A stretch of DNA of 24,734 nt, taken from contig RFKV01000056.1 in the NCBI GenBank assembly GCA_003694175.1, forward strand, positions 1-24,734, read 5' to 3'. A program made the translations under genes and the position numbers. Below the pieces are notes generated by a model. That model did no database searches and had not been told where the DNA came from. It saw only the letters and a list, made by a program, of their open reading frames with translations. This document shows positions 1 to 8,887 of this stretch, one piece after another (within the stretch, counting starts at the first letter, position 1; every line of letters begins with the position of its first letter). The stretch is from Candidatus Dojkabacteria bacterium (GTDB taxonomy: Bacteria; Patescibacteriota; Dojkabacteria; J137).

Positions 1-53
1 AAACTTAATGTTTAAATTCTTGAATTAAATAAATTATCAGCCAAATTTTTAAC

Positions 54-833
54 TCACATACTTCCCATACCACCATAAATCCACTCAGATATCCTCTGCA
101 GCCACTTATGCTTAGTTCCAGCACTGACTCCACCCAAAACACTCCCCAAGACAACTCTTAAAAACCCAACTCTTCTGTACCTCCTTTCAGATGGAACGTA
201 CATTACATCTAAAATTCCAAATACAAAACCCATATTTTTGCTTCTTTGCACAAAATCAAAATCCTCTCCAACAATTAGCTCAGTGTTAAAACCTTTTAAT
301 CTTTCAAATACTGACTTTTTGATAATCATAAACTGACCATCAGCATCTGGACTTTTTGATTTCTGTCTTAATACTTTAGAAATATTCCAAATGCCATAGA
401 CAACTTTAAAAAAAATAGTCTTTTTAGCGGTATCAAAAAGCCCGCCAGCAATATCCAATCGACGTTGAAGAAACTTTCTCAAAGCTTCCTCCAAAAAATC
501 TTCCTTCACCCTAATATCTGCATCCATAAATACCAACAGTTCATTATTAGCTGCAAAACCTCCATTATTTCTTCCTACCGAAGGTTTACCACCATCAATT
601 ACTTTGGCCCCATAACTTAGGGCTATTTGTCTTGTTTTGTCATTTGAAAATGCATCAGCAACAATAATTTCAAAGTTTTGATAGGTTTGTTTTTTTAAAT
701 CACTCAAAAGACTACCAATAAATCTTTCTTCGTTATAAGTCGGTATAACAACGCTGACACTTAACCTCTGAAAATCAGAACAAAAATTGTTCATTGTTTG
801 TTCCCTACTTCTTCTCAAAAACAAACCAAACAT
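54..833 (-). CDS. Glycosyltransferase family 2 (GT-A fold), possibly GT_2_like_a/TIGR04283-like
   Basis: VSVVIPTYNEE N-terminal motif, IIVADAFSND, GRNNG, DxD motif (FMDAD), GQFMIIKKSVFERLKGF, GEDFDF, SERRY. The true start may be the second ATG at 794. Confidence 0.9.
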   Translation of the reverse strand: MFGLFLRRSREQTMNNFCSDFQRLSVSVVIPTYNEERFIGSLLSDLKKQTYQNFEIIVADAFSNDKTRQIALSYGAKVIDGGKPSVGRNNGGFAANNELLVFMDADIRVKEDFLEEALRKFLQRRLDIAGGLFDTAKKTIFFKVVYGIWNISKVLRQKSKSPDADGQFMIIKKSVFERLKGFNTELIVGEDFDFVQRSKNMGFVFGILDVMYVPSERRYRRVGFLRVVLGSVLGGVSAGTKHKWLQRISEWIYGGMGSM

Positions 834-885
834 AGACGGTCAAAAAAAGTAAAAAACAGGCTATAACACAATAAAAGCTCAATAG

Positions 886-894
886 ATTATACCA
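886..894 (-). promoter_or_regulatory. Extended -10 promoter element (TGGTATAAT) for the GT2 gene
   Basis: The reverse complement of 886-894 is TGGTATAAT, a perfect TGn-TATAAT, in the serS-GT2 gap. No well-spaced -35. Confidence 0.55.
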
Positions 895-913
895 ATCTCA
901 TTAGAACCTAGAT

Positions 914-2272
914 TCAAGGATAAATAACATCCTTTTTTAAGTAGTCTCTCAATGCTTCTGGAATTTTTAAACTGCCATCAGATTGTTGATAATGCTCTAA
1001 AATCGCGATTAAAATTCTGTGCGTTACAGCGGTATCGTTTAGTGTATAAGCGTATCTTAGCCGACCATTCTCATCCCGATACTTAATATTTAATCTTCGT
1101 GCTTGGTAATCCGTTGTTATACTGTTTGACATCAATTCTGTGTAACACTGCTGGCTTGGTGTCCAAAATTCAACGTCATACTTTTTACACGCTGCATAGT
1201 ATCCTAAATCACCAACACACATATTAATCACGTGATAAGGGATTTCCAATGTCTGAAGCAACCACTCATTCAAACTCAATAAATACTCATGCATCTGCCT
1301 TGCTTTTTCATCATCCGCCTCCATTATGATATTCATCTCAATTTTTTCGAACTGATGAGCTCTTTTAATTCCTCTGACATCCTTGCCCCAACTTCCAACT
1401 TCTGTTCTAAAACACGGGCTTTGGGCAGTTATTTTTATTGGCTTAGATAAGTCCAAAATCCTGTCAGCAAAGTAACAAAAATTACTTGGCTCACTTGATC
1501 CAACCAAAAACAAATCGCTTTCTGGATCCTCAGTATTTTTGCTCTCTACTTTATACACCTGATCGGCATCAGCCGGAAAATGAGAAGAACCATACAATGC
1601 CCTTTCTCTAACCAAAACCGGCACTATCAGAGGCGTAAACCCCTCTGAAATTAACTTCTTTAGCATTAAATCAAAAGTAGCATAAATCAATAACGCACCA
1701 TCCCCTTTTAGAAAGTAAAATCTACTTCCTGAAACCTTGGCTCCAGCTTCAAGATCAAAAAGGCCCAACTTAGTGCCTATATCCCAATGCGGGACTGGAC
1801 TAAACTCAGTATCTGCATTGGTACCACACATCGGCATGAACTTACCACTTTCTTCGCTCCTTCCAAGTTTTTCGCTTGAGAAATATCCCACGCCGGGATG
1901 CCACGCCTTAATTTCAACATTGTCTTCAGAACTTCTTCCATCAGGAACCTCGTTATAAGGTACATTTGGTATCCAATCTAGTATTTCTCTCCACCTCGAC
2001 TCTATCCGTTTTAGATCAGCTTCTATTTGTGAAATTTCTTCCTTGAGGTTACTTAGTTTTTCCAATGTCTGCTGATCTGGCCTACTTTTCAATTGAGAGC
2101 TTATTTTATTCCTTTCGAAACGCAACAACTCAACCTTGTGTATTAAGGAACTTCTGTCGTCGTCAAGTTTTAACCACTCATCAACATTTACCTTGCTCGA
2201 ATCTGCCCTACCAATTTTAATTAGATCTCTAATCTTATCGATATTTTTCCTAATATAGTCAATATCTAACAT
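914..2272 (-). CDS. serS: Serine--tRNA ligase
   Basis: N-terminal coiled-coil arm (MLDIDYIR...), PNVP...DNVE, SGSRFY, motif 2 FRTEVGSWGKDVRGIKRAHQFEKIE, motif 3 region DYQARRLNIKYR...TLN...AILEHYQQSDGS. Confidence 0.98.
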   Translation of the reverse strand: MLDIDYIRKNIDKIRDLIKIGRADSSKVNVDEWLKLDDDRSSLIHKVELLRFERNKISSQLKSRPDQQTLEKLSNLKEEISQIEADLKRIESRWREILDWIPNVPYNEVPDGRSSEDNVEIKAWHPGVGYFSSEKLGRSEESGKFMPMCGTNADTEFSPVPHWDIGTKLGLFDLEAGAKVSGSRFYFLKGDGALLIYATFDLMLKKLISEGFTPLIVPVLVRERALYGSSHFPADADQVYKVESKNTEDPESDLFLVGSSEPSNFCYFADRILDLSKPIKITAQSPCFRTEVGSWGKDVRGIKRAHQFEKIEMNIIMEADDEKARQMHEYLLSLNEWLLQTLEIPYHVINMCVGDLGYYAACKKYDVEFWTPSQQCYTELMSNSITTDYQARRLNIKYRDENGRLRYAYTLNDTAVTHRILIAILEHYQQSDGSLKIPEALRDYLKKDVIYP

Positions 2273-2365
2273 GTTAAAATTTTAACCAATTGTTGATTAT
2301 ACACGGTTTTAAAGGTAAATTTGTTGTAATGAATATATAAACTTTCTTCAAGGTACAAGTTTAGT

Positions 2366-2395
2366 TTGATTATATGAATATATTGAATGTAAAAT
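2366..2395 (+). promoter_or_regulatory. Putative sigma70 promoter of the glycolytic cluster (TTGATT-N18-TAAAAT)
   Basis: TTGATT at 2366-2371 and TAAAAT at 2390-2395, 31 nt upstream of the pgk ATG. The AT-rich context lowers specificity. Confidence 0.4.
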
Positions 2396-2426
2396 GTTTT
2401 AGATAAATTTTGTTGTTATTTATTCC

Positions 2427-3638
2427 ATGTATAAGATCCCATCAAACATTGAAAAAAAAGGTTTTTGGAACGTGGATGGCCTGGAGAACAAAAACGTTTT
2501 CCTTAGAAGCTGTTTAAACGTTTCTGTAGACAAGTACGGTAATTTATTAGATGAGTCAAGGCTTAAAGAGTCTATTCAATCAATAGTTGAATTAGCCTTT
2601 AAGTCAAAAAGCCTGATTGTCTGCGGACATCTTGGTAGACCAAAATCTTGTGAACAAAATTTAAGTTTTAAAAAAAATGTACTTCCTTGGATAACGGAGA
2701 ATCTAAACTCTAAGGGTTTCAACGTAATCTTTGCTGAAAGTCTATCTGATATACCTCCGAAAGATCAAAGAAATAAATCAAACATATATTTACTTGAAAA
2801 CATCAGGTTTTTTAAGGGTGAGGAATCAAACGATAGAAAGGAGATGATTAAGTTTGCAGAAAGCTTAGCGGAAACCTCGGATATTTTTGTAAACGACGCT
2901 TTTGCAGACTATAGAGTATCCGCCAGCACATACGAAATTGCTAAATTACTGCCAAGCTATATTGGTAGATCATTTATGAAAGAAATCGAGGCGCTATCAA
3001 AGTTTTACGATCCACCAAGGCCGTTTTTGTGCGTCTTGGGAGGGGCAAAGTTGAGTGAGAAGTTAGAATTTTTAACAACACTGGCAGAAATTTCTGACAA
3101 GGTTTTGATTGGTGGGGCCATGGCTTACACCTTGTTGAAAGCTAAAGGAATTAATATTGGTAAATCATTATACGAAGAGGATAAAGTATCACTGGCGAGA
3201 GAATTGATTAAAAAGCATAGTCAAAAGATGCTGTTGCCAGTTGATCACGTGATCTCGCTGGAGTTTAGTCATTCTTCTCAAGTGACTGTAACAAAGAGCG
3301 CAGAGGTACCGAACGAATACTTTGCGATTGATATTGGGCCAAAAACATTAGAAAAATATCTTGAAGAAATCTCGAATGCAAAAAGTATCCTTTGGAATGG
3401 ACCAATGGGTGTATACGAATGGCCTCAATCAAGTACCGGTACTAGCCAAATAGGTGAATCAATAGTGAAAAATAAAGAAGCATTTAAGCTCGCTGGAGGT
3501 GGAGATACCATCGCAGCGATTAACATGTTTTCTCTAAGCGGTTTTGACCACATCTCAATGGGTGGTGGGGCCATGCTTGTTTTTTTCTCATGCGACAAAT
3601 TTGATACTATTGATGTAATTGTGAATCAATATAGTTAA
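2427..3638 (+). CDS. pgk: Phosphoglycerate kinase
   Basis: GHLGRP, LLENIRF, NDAF, LGGAKLSEK, IGGAM, DIGP, LWNGPMGVYE, GGGDT and HISMGGGA motifs. Basic-patch Arg/His residues are largely retained. Confidence 0.97.
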   Translation: MYKIPSNIEKKGFWNVDGLENKNVFLRSCLNVSVDKYGNLLDESRLKESIQSIVELAFKSKSLIVCGHLGRPKSCEQNLSFKKNVLPWITENLNSKGFNVIFAESLSDIPPKDQRNKSNIYLLENIRFFKGEESNDRKEMIKFAESLAETSDIFVNDAFADYRVSASTYEIAKLLPSYIGRSFMKEIEALSKFYDPPRPFLCVLGGAKLSEKLEFLTTLAEISDKVLIGGAMAYTLLKAKGINIGKSLYEEDKVSLARELIKKHSQKMLLPVDHVISLEFSHSSQVTVTKSAEVPNEYFAIDIGPKTLEKYLEEISNAKSILWNGPMGVYEWPQSSTGTSQIGESIVKNKEAFKLAGGGDTIAAINMFSLSGFDHISMGGGAMLVFFSCDKFDTIDVIVNQYS

Positions 3639-3693
3639 AATCTAACCAAAAAATCAAAACAAAAAATTTACTATAGACTTTAGAAAGATAAGT

Positions 3694-4776
3694 ATGAAAA
3701 AAATTGGATTGGTTGTTTCAGGTGGAGACGCACAAGGTCTGAACGCTGTAATATATGCCGCAGTAACAGTTGGATTAAAAAATAGCGCTCAAATTTATGG
3801 TTTCATTAAGGGCTTCGAAGGTATTCTAGATCAGAAATACTTAATACTTGACTTGAACAATATTAAAGGAATATCAAACCTTGGAGGTTGCATTCTTGGC
3901 TCAACCAACCATGGAAGATTTGCAGCAAAAGCAGGAGAAAACGTAACTATGCAAATTCCTAGTGAAGTAATAAAGCAAACTATCGATAATTTATCTAATT
4001 TAGGAATAGAGTCATTAATTGTTGTTGGAGGAGACGGAACTTTGAGTGCTGCATCACAACTTGCCGAACACGGTGTACGTGTGGTCGGTGTTCCTAAATC
4101 AATAGACAATGACCTTTATGGAACCGATCAAACTTTTGGATTCAACACAGCTGTTCAAATAGCTACTGACATGATTGACAGAATCCATACTACGGCACAG
4201 GCGCACGATAGAATATTTTTTATTGAAACAATGGGAAGGTACTCTGGATGGATTGCAATAGACGCAGGTATAGCTGGTGGAGCTGATGCTATACTAGTGC
4301 CAGAGATAAAATTTGATTATGATAAACTTGTGAGGTTTTTAATTGACAGAAGGAATAAAAACATGAACTATACGATAATAGTAGTTGGGGAGGGGGCTTT
4401 ATCAATCGATGAAAGTAAAAACATAAAAAGAACTGAGAAGGCCGGATCAATGGCTAAACTTGCAGGGACAAGCGAGAGAATAATGAAAAGAGTCGAACAA
4501 ATAATACCAAACACGTTTGATATGAGAAACGTAGTTTTAGGACATATTCAAAGGGGTGGTACCCCAACCGCTTTTGATAGAATCCTGGCAAAAAGTTATG
4601 GAGTTGAAGCTATGAAAGCAGCATTAGATGGTGAAGCTAATGTGATTATTTCGCTTCAAGGCCAAACTTTTACAAGGATAGATATTGCAAAAGCTGTTTC
4701 TCACACTAAACTTGTCCCACTAGACAGTATAAAAATAAATGTAGCAAGACAACTAGGAATATTTCTTGGTGATTAA
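3694..4776 (+). CDS. pfkA: 6-phosphofructokinase, PfkA family (group III / mixed-substrate type)
   Basis: SGGDAQGLN, GGCILGSTN, GGDGT, PKSIDND, TFGFNTA, ETMGR, LGHIQRGG. Confidence 0.96.
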   Translation: MKKIGLVVSGGDAQGLNAVIYAAVTVGLKNSAQIYGFIKGFEGILDQKYLILDLNNIKGISNLGGCILGSTNHGRFAAKAGENVTMQIPSEVIKQTIDNLSNLGIESLIVVGGDGTLSAASQLAEHGVRVVGVPKSIDNDLYGTDQTFGFNTAVQIATDMIDRIHTTAQAHDRIFFIETMGRYSGWIAIDAGIAGGADAILVPEIKFDYDKLVRFLIDRRNKNMNYTIIVVGEGALSIDESKNIKRTEKAGSMAKLAGTSERIMKRVEQIIPNTFDMRNVVLGHIQRGGTPTAFDRILAKSYGVEAMKAALDGEANVIISLQGQTFTRIDIAKAVSHTKLVPLDSIKINVARQLGIFLGD

Positions 4777-4815
4777 GATATTTTACTTTCTTTTTATTTT
4801 TTAAGTACTTGCAAG

Positions 4816-5484
4816 ATGTTAATCCTAAATCTAAAAAACTATGAAGAATCAACTACTACACATCTTTGGAAGTTGCTTGACTCATTAAACACACTTGTTG
4901 AAGAAAGGCCTGACTTCAAAGAGAAACTTTTAATCGCACCTTCCATGGTTTTCCTTCTACTTGCAAAAGAAAGGTACCCAAACCTAAATTTTATATCTCA
5001 ACATGTTGACGATAAAGAACAAGGAAGCACAACTGGTTGGACGCCTGCTGAAGTCTTAGTTTCAAATGGTATTAATTTTTCTTTGATAAACCATTCAGAG
5101 CATAGAGTACTACCCAAAAATTATGTGGATGAATTACAATCAAAAGGTATTAAAGTAATTGCATGCTGCGAAAATCTAGATGAGGCAGAAATTTTTTTAA
5201 AGTCTAAAGCTTGGGCGATAGCCTATGAGCCAAAAGATTTAATTGGTTCAGGTGTTTCAGTAACTAATAGATCAGAGGATGTCAAAAAATTTACAAAGGC
5301 TTTAAAAGGAAAAACGAAAGTTATAGTTGGAGCCGGAATCACGAAAGCAAGTGATATTAAAGCAAGTATCGAACTTGGAGCTGACGGTGTGCTAGTCGCT
5401 TCGGCTTTTGTTAAATCACAAGATCCTTACTCAAAAGGTTATGAATTGTTGAATGTATTTGGAGAAATAGATCCCGAAAAATGA
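4816..5484 (+). CDS. tpiA: Triosephosphate isomerase, short archaeal type
   Basis: 222 aa. NLKNY (K7), INHSEHR (H93), AYEPKDLIGSG (E138), VGAGI, GADGVLVASAFVK. Confidence 0.95.
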   Translation: MLILNLKNYEESTTTHLWKLLDSLNTLVEERPDFKEKLLIAPSMVFLLLAKERYPNLNFISQHVDDKEQGSTTGWTPAEVLVSNGINFSLINHSEHRVLPKNYVDELQSKGIKVIACCENLDEAEIFLKSKAWAIAYEPKDLIGSGVSVTNRSEDVKKFTKALKGKTKVIVGAGITKASDIKASIELGADGVLVASAFVKSQDPYSKGYELLNVFGEIDPEK

Positions 5485-5577
5485 ATTATTAAATTAAAAA
5501 AAGACTGAAAACTTTTGGAAAAGCCTGATTGTTTAAGCATATTTAATCAAATGAAAAAAGTTAAAGTCAGATAAAGT

Positions 5578-7107
5578 ATGAAGCCTAAGAAAGTAGTACT
5601 AATCATAATGGACGGTTGGGGAATTGCTCCACACTCAGAGTACAATGCTATTACAAACGCACGTACACCAAATTTTGATAGACTAGTGAGAGAATACCCT
5701 AACGTTAAACTCAAATCTGATGGATCATCTGTAGGTCTACCTGATGGTCAATTTGGTACGAGTGAAGTGAATCATTTGATAATAGGAGCTGGTAGAGTCA
5801 TACTGCAGGATTTACCGAAGATAAATAATTCTATATTAGATGGAACCCTACAAACAAACGAAGCGTTGAATAAATCTATAGCTCATGCAATCAAAAATCA
5901 GTCCAGACTACATTTAGTCGGTATACTTTCAGATGGCGGTGTACATTCTCACATTTCTCACATGTTTGAGATTATAAGACTTGCAAAGAGTAAAGACTCA
6001 AATCTAAAAATATTTTTACACCTTTTCACAGATGGTAGGGATGTTGCACCTTTTTCAGCTGAGAAATATTTTAAACAACTGGATAGCTTTCTGGTTCAAG
6101 AAAACTTTAAAAGTGTTGAGATATCAACAATCCAGGGGAGAGTTTTTCTAGACAGGGATAGAGACTGGGCAAAAACCGAACAAGCATTTAGGTTGTTATA
6201 CGATGGAGATATGATGCAAGTAAACAACTGGAAGTCAGCATTAAATCTTGCTTATAACCTTGGTGTTAGCTCAGATGAAAAAATAGGACAATACATAGTT
6301 AAAAAAGAAGGTCAAATAAAGAAAAATGATGCAATAATTTTTACCCACTTTAGGACTGATAGAATATATCAATTACTTAAAAGAATTCTTAACGAGAACA
6401 TACCTAATCTGCAAATCACAACTCTAACAAAAGCAAGCGAAGAGTTTGAGTCACATGTAGATGTAGCATTTCCTAGAAATAAAGTAAAGAATACTCTAGC
6501 AGAAGTCGTTTCAAAAGCTGGAAAAACACAACTACACATAACAGAAACAGAAAAATATCCTCATCTAACTTTCTTTTTAAATGGAGAAAGAGAAGAACCC
6601 TTTCCACTTGAGGAATGGAAATTAATAGAATCAAATAGATTCGTTAAACCTAACTACGACTTAGAACCTAGTATGCAAAATTTTAATATTACCAAAGAAG
6701 TATTATCAAGCATCTCGAAGTGTTCTCATGATCTAGTTATAGTTAATTTGTGCAGTCCTGATATGGTAGGACATACGGGAAATTTCCACGCTGCGGTAGT
6801 TTCAGCTGAATCTGTAGACTTTTGTGTTGGCAGAATTTATGAAGAAATAAAAAAGAACTTTGAAGAATATGCTTTGATAGTGACAGCAGATCATGGAAAC
6901 AGTGACATTATGTGGGATACTGAAAACAATCAACCACACACACAGCATACAAACTCTCCAGTTCCTTTTATATTGGTCTCAAACTTACCAGGCATTAAAC
7001 TCAAACAAAGGGAAAGCCTACAGGATGTTGCTCCCACTATTCTTGAGTTGATGAAAATACCAAAACCAGAAGAAATGGAGGGCGAAAGCTTGATTTCAGT
7101 GAAATGA
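5578..7107 (+). CDS. gpmI: 2,3-bisphosphoglycerate-independent phosphoglycerate mutase
   Basis: IMDGWG, GQFGTSEVNH (phosphoserine site), SDGGVHSH, DGRD, FRTDR, ETEKYPH, DMVGHTG, TADHGN. Confidence 0.98.
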   Translation: MKPKKVVLIIMDGWGIAPHSEYNAITNARTPNFDRLVREYPNVKLKSDGSSVGLPDGQFGTSEVNHLIIGAGRVILQDLPKINNSILDGTLQTNEALNKSIAHAIKNQSRLHLVGILSDGGVHSHISHMFEIIRLAKSKDSNLKIFLHLFTDGRDVAPFSAEKYFKQLDSFLVQENFKSVEISTIQGRVFLDRDRDWAKTEQAFRLLYDGDMMQVNNWKSALNLAYNLGVSSDEKIGQYIVKKEGQIKKNDAIIFTHFRTDRIYQLLKRILNENIPNLQITTLTKASEEFESHVDVAFPRNKVKNTLAEVVSKAGKTQLHITETEKYPHLTFFLNGEREEPFPLEEWKLIESNRFVKPNYDLEPSMQNFNITKEVLSSISKCSHDLVIVNLCSPDMVGHTGNFHAAVVSAESVDFCVGRIYEEIKKNFEEYALIVTADHGNSDIMWDTENNQPHTQHTNSPVPFILVSNLPGIKLKQRESLQDVAPTILELMKIPKPEEMEGESLISVK

Positions 7108-7173
7108 AGCTGTAAACCTAAATTAAACCCAGCGAAATGTATGTTCGCAAACTAATAAAAACTTAAATTTTCC

Positions 7174-7182
7174 TGATAAAAT
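7174..7182 (+). promoter_or_regulatory. Extended -10 element (TGATAAAAT) upstream of the FKBP gene
   Basis: TGn-TAAAAT ending 18 nt before the ATG at 7201. Confidence 0.4.
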
Positions 7183-7200
7183 TGTAGATCGGTAGAAATT

Positions 7201-7704
7201 ATGAAAAACTGGAAAAACGTTTTTTTAATGTTATTCATTTTAACGTCATTTCTGATTATTTCAGGAAGGACAGGTCCAGAAAACAGCAATGAAAGAAAGC
7301 CTGTAGTGGTTTCTCAACCCCGGTTGAACACACTAGACTCGACAAATCTACCAACGTTTTCTGAAAAATTTACTGAACTTAAGACTGAAATACTATTACC
7401 ATCTAACCTGGAAAAAACGAGGATTTACAAGGGAGACAAAAATTTTAGAGTTAATTACAGAGGATGGCTTGCAAGTAATGGAAAAATTTTCGACCAGAAT
7501 ATAGCGTCCGGCAATAATGAAAACTTTATTGAATTAAATCCTAAGAATTTAATACCTGGATTTTTTCAGGGGGTGATTGGCATGAAAGTTGGTGAAATCA
7601 GAAGAATTTACATTCCCTCTAACTTAGGATACGGGGAATCAGAGACAGAGACGATACCCAAAAATTCAGATTTGATTTTTGACGTTGAATTAATTTCTTT
7701 TTAA
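7201..7704 (+). CDS. FKBP-type peptidyl-prolyl cis-trans isomerase with N-terminal signal/anchor
   Basis: VNYRGWL..GKIFD, LIPGF..GVIGMKVGEIRRIYIPSNLGYG, IPKNSDLIFDVEL. Basic then hydrophobic N-terminus. Confidence 0.93.
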   Translation: MKNWKNVFLMLFILTSFLIISGRTGPENSNERKPVVVSQPRLNTLDSTNLPTFSEKFTELKTEILLPSNLEKTRIYKGDKNFRVNYRGWLASNGKIFDQNIASGNNENFIELNPKNLIPGFFQGVIGMKVGEIRRIYIPSNLGYGESETETIPKNSDLIFDVELISF

Positions 7705-7710
7705 AGGAAA

Positions 7711-8304
7711 ATGACAGAAAATCCTTTTTTTGAAAAACCCATACCAAAAAAAGAAAATAAAGCAGCTGTTATAGTTACACTGCTTGCGTCTTGCTGTATA
7801 ATGCTTCTTTTTTGTTGGTTTACAATTCTTGGACAAAACCAAGTTGAAGGCCCTTCGATGCAGCCTAACTTTTACTCAGGACAGTTGTTGTTTATAAGCA
7901 AAATTCCACAAATTTTTAACCTAGAGTATCAAAGGGGGGAAGTAATAATTTATCAAAAGCCAAATCATCCAGAATTTGTCAAAAGGATAATAGGATTACC
8001 TGGTGAAAAAGTTTCTATCAAAAATTGCTTTATCTACATCAATGGGAAAAAACTAATTGAAAGCTATTTACCCTCCGGACTATGTACTTTTGGCGGAAGC
8101 TTTGTACAGGACGGAGGAGATCCACTTGAAATCCCCTTAGGTCATTATTTTACCGTAGGTGACAATAGATCCAAAAGCAACGATAGCAGATTTGTAGAAA
8201 TTGGATTCATAAAGAAAGAGTGGATAAAAGGTTCAGTCTTCTTTAGAGTCTGGCCCTTAGAAAATTTTGGCTTTATCAATCCTGGGAAGTACGAACTAAT
8301 CTAA
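7711..8304 (+). CDS. lepB: Signal peptidase I (peptidase S26), single N-terminal TM
   Basis: Catalytic Ser box VEGPSMQPN, catalytic Lys box FVKRIIGLPGE, GDNR..SNDSR. AGGA SD-like sequence before the start. Confidence 0.95.
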   Translation: MTENPFFEKPIPKKENKAAVIVTLLASCCIMLLFCWFTILGQNQVEGPSMQPNFYSGQLLFISKIPQIFNLEYQRGEVIIYQKPNHPEFVKRIIGLPGEKVSIKNCFIYINGKKLIESYLPSGLCTFGGSFVQDGGDPLEIPLGHYFTVGDNRSKSNDSRFVEIGFIKKEWIKGSVFFRVWPLENFGFINPGKYELI

Positions 8305-8478
8305 ATGAAAAAATAAAAAAGAAAAATCAAATTAATTAAGTATTTAAAACATTGGATTTTAATTTGAACTTGACATGAAATTTACTCGAGTTCTTAACAA
8401 TGAATGCAAAACTAAAGAAATTAGGGTAAAATTGCTTAACATAAATAACAAGAAGTCTCATTCTAAGCTCTTGCAACA

Positions 8479-8886
8479 ATGAAAAAAGTAATGGCGATTG
8501 CTTTGAGTCTGACGACAGTTTCATTGGTGATTTTCTTCCTGATTAATTTTACACAAAATCAATACCCCATAGAAGGGAATTCACAACAGATGGACAGTAC
8601 GCAGGTAGGAGACTCTACCCAAAAAAAAAGTGAAAAAGCAGAGGATTACAACTTCAGAGAGAGCCAAAAGATCAACGAAGATAACGACAATTTAAATCAA
8701 TCTGATTTTGGCTCGGACAATAATCGATGTATAATCATAATAGACCAAAACAAATACGATGTTTCAAATCTTAAATACACACACACTGGAGGAAACATTT
8801 TCAAATGTGGACAAGATATGACCAAAGAATTTGAACAAAAACATCGTCTAAACTTAAAAATGATTGAAAAATATAAAGTTAAGTGA
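8479..8886 (+). CDS. Membrane-anchored cytochrome b5-like heme/steroid-binding domain protein
   Basis: N-terminal TM, polar linker, then CIIIIDQNKYDVS..THTGG..CGQDMT..F..KH. This resembles the b5 pattern (HPGG...GxDxT...H), with H102 and H122 as candidate heme ligands. Confidence 0.8.
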   Translation: MKKVMAIALSLTTVSLVIFFLINFTQNQYPIEGNSQQMDSTQVGDSTQKKSEKAEDYNFRESQKINEDNDNLNQSDFGSDNNRCIIIIDQNKYDVSNLKYTHTGGNIFKCGQDMTKEFEQKHRLNLKMIEKYKVK

Positions 8887-8887
8887 T

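Noticed and set aside
7132-7148. GCGAA-N7-TTCGC hairpin after gpmI as an intrinsic terminator
   Set aside because: Only a 5-bp stem with no U-tract on the sense strand; too weak to call.
8370-8401. Perfect TTGACA upstream of the cytochrome b5 gene as a promoter
   Set aside because: No acceptable -10 hexamer at 16-18 bp spacing.
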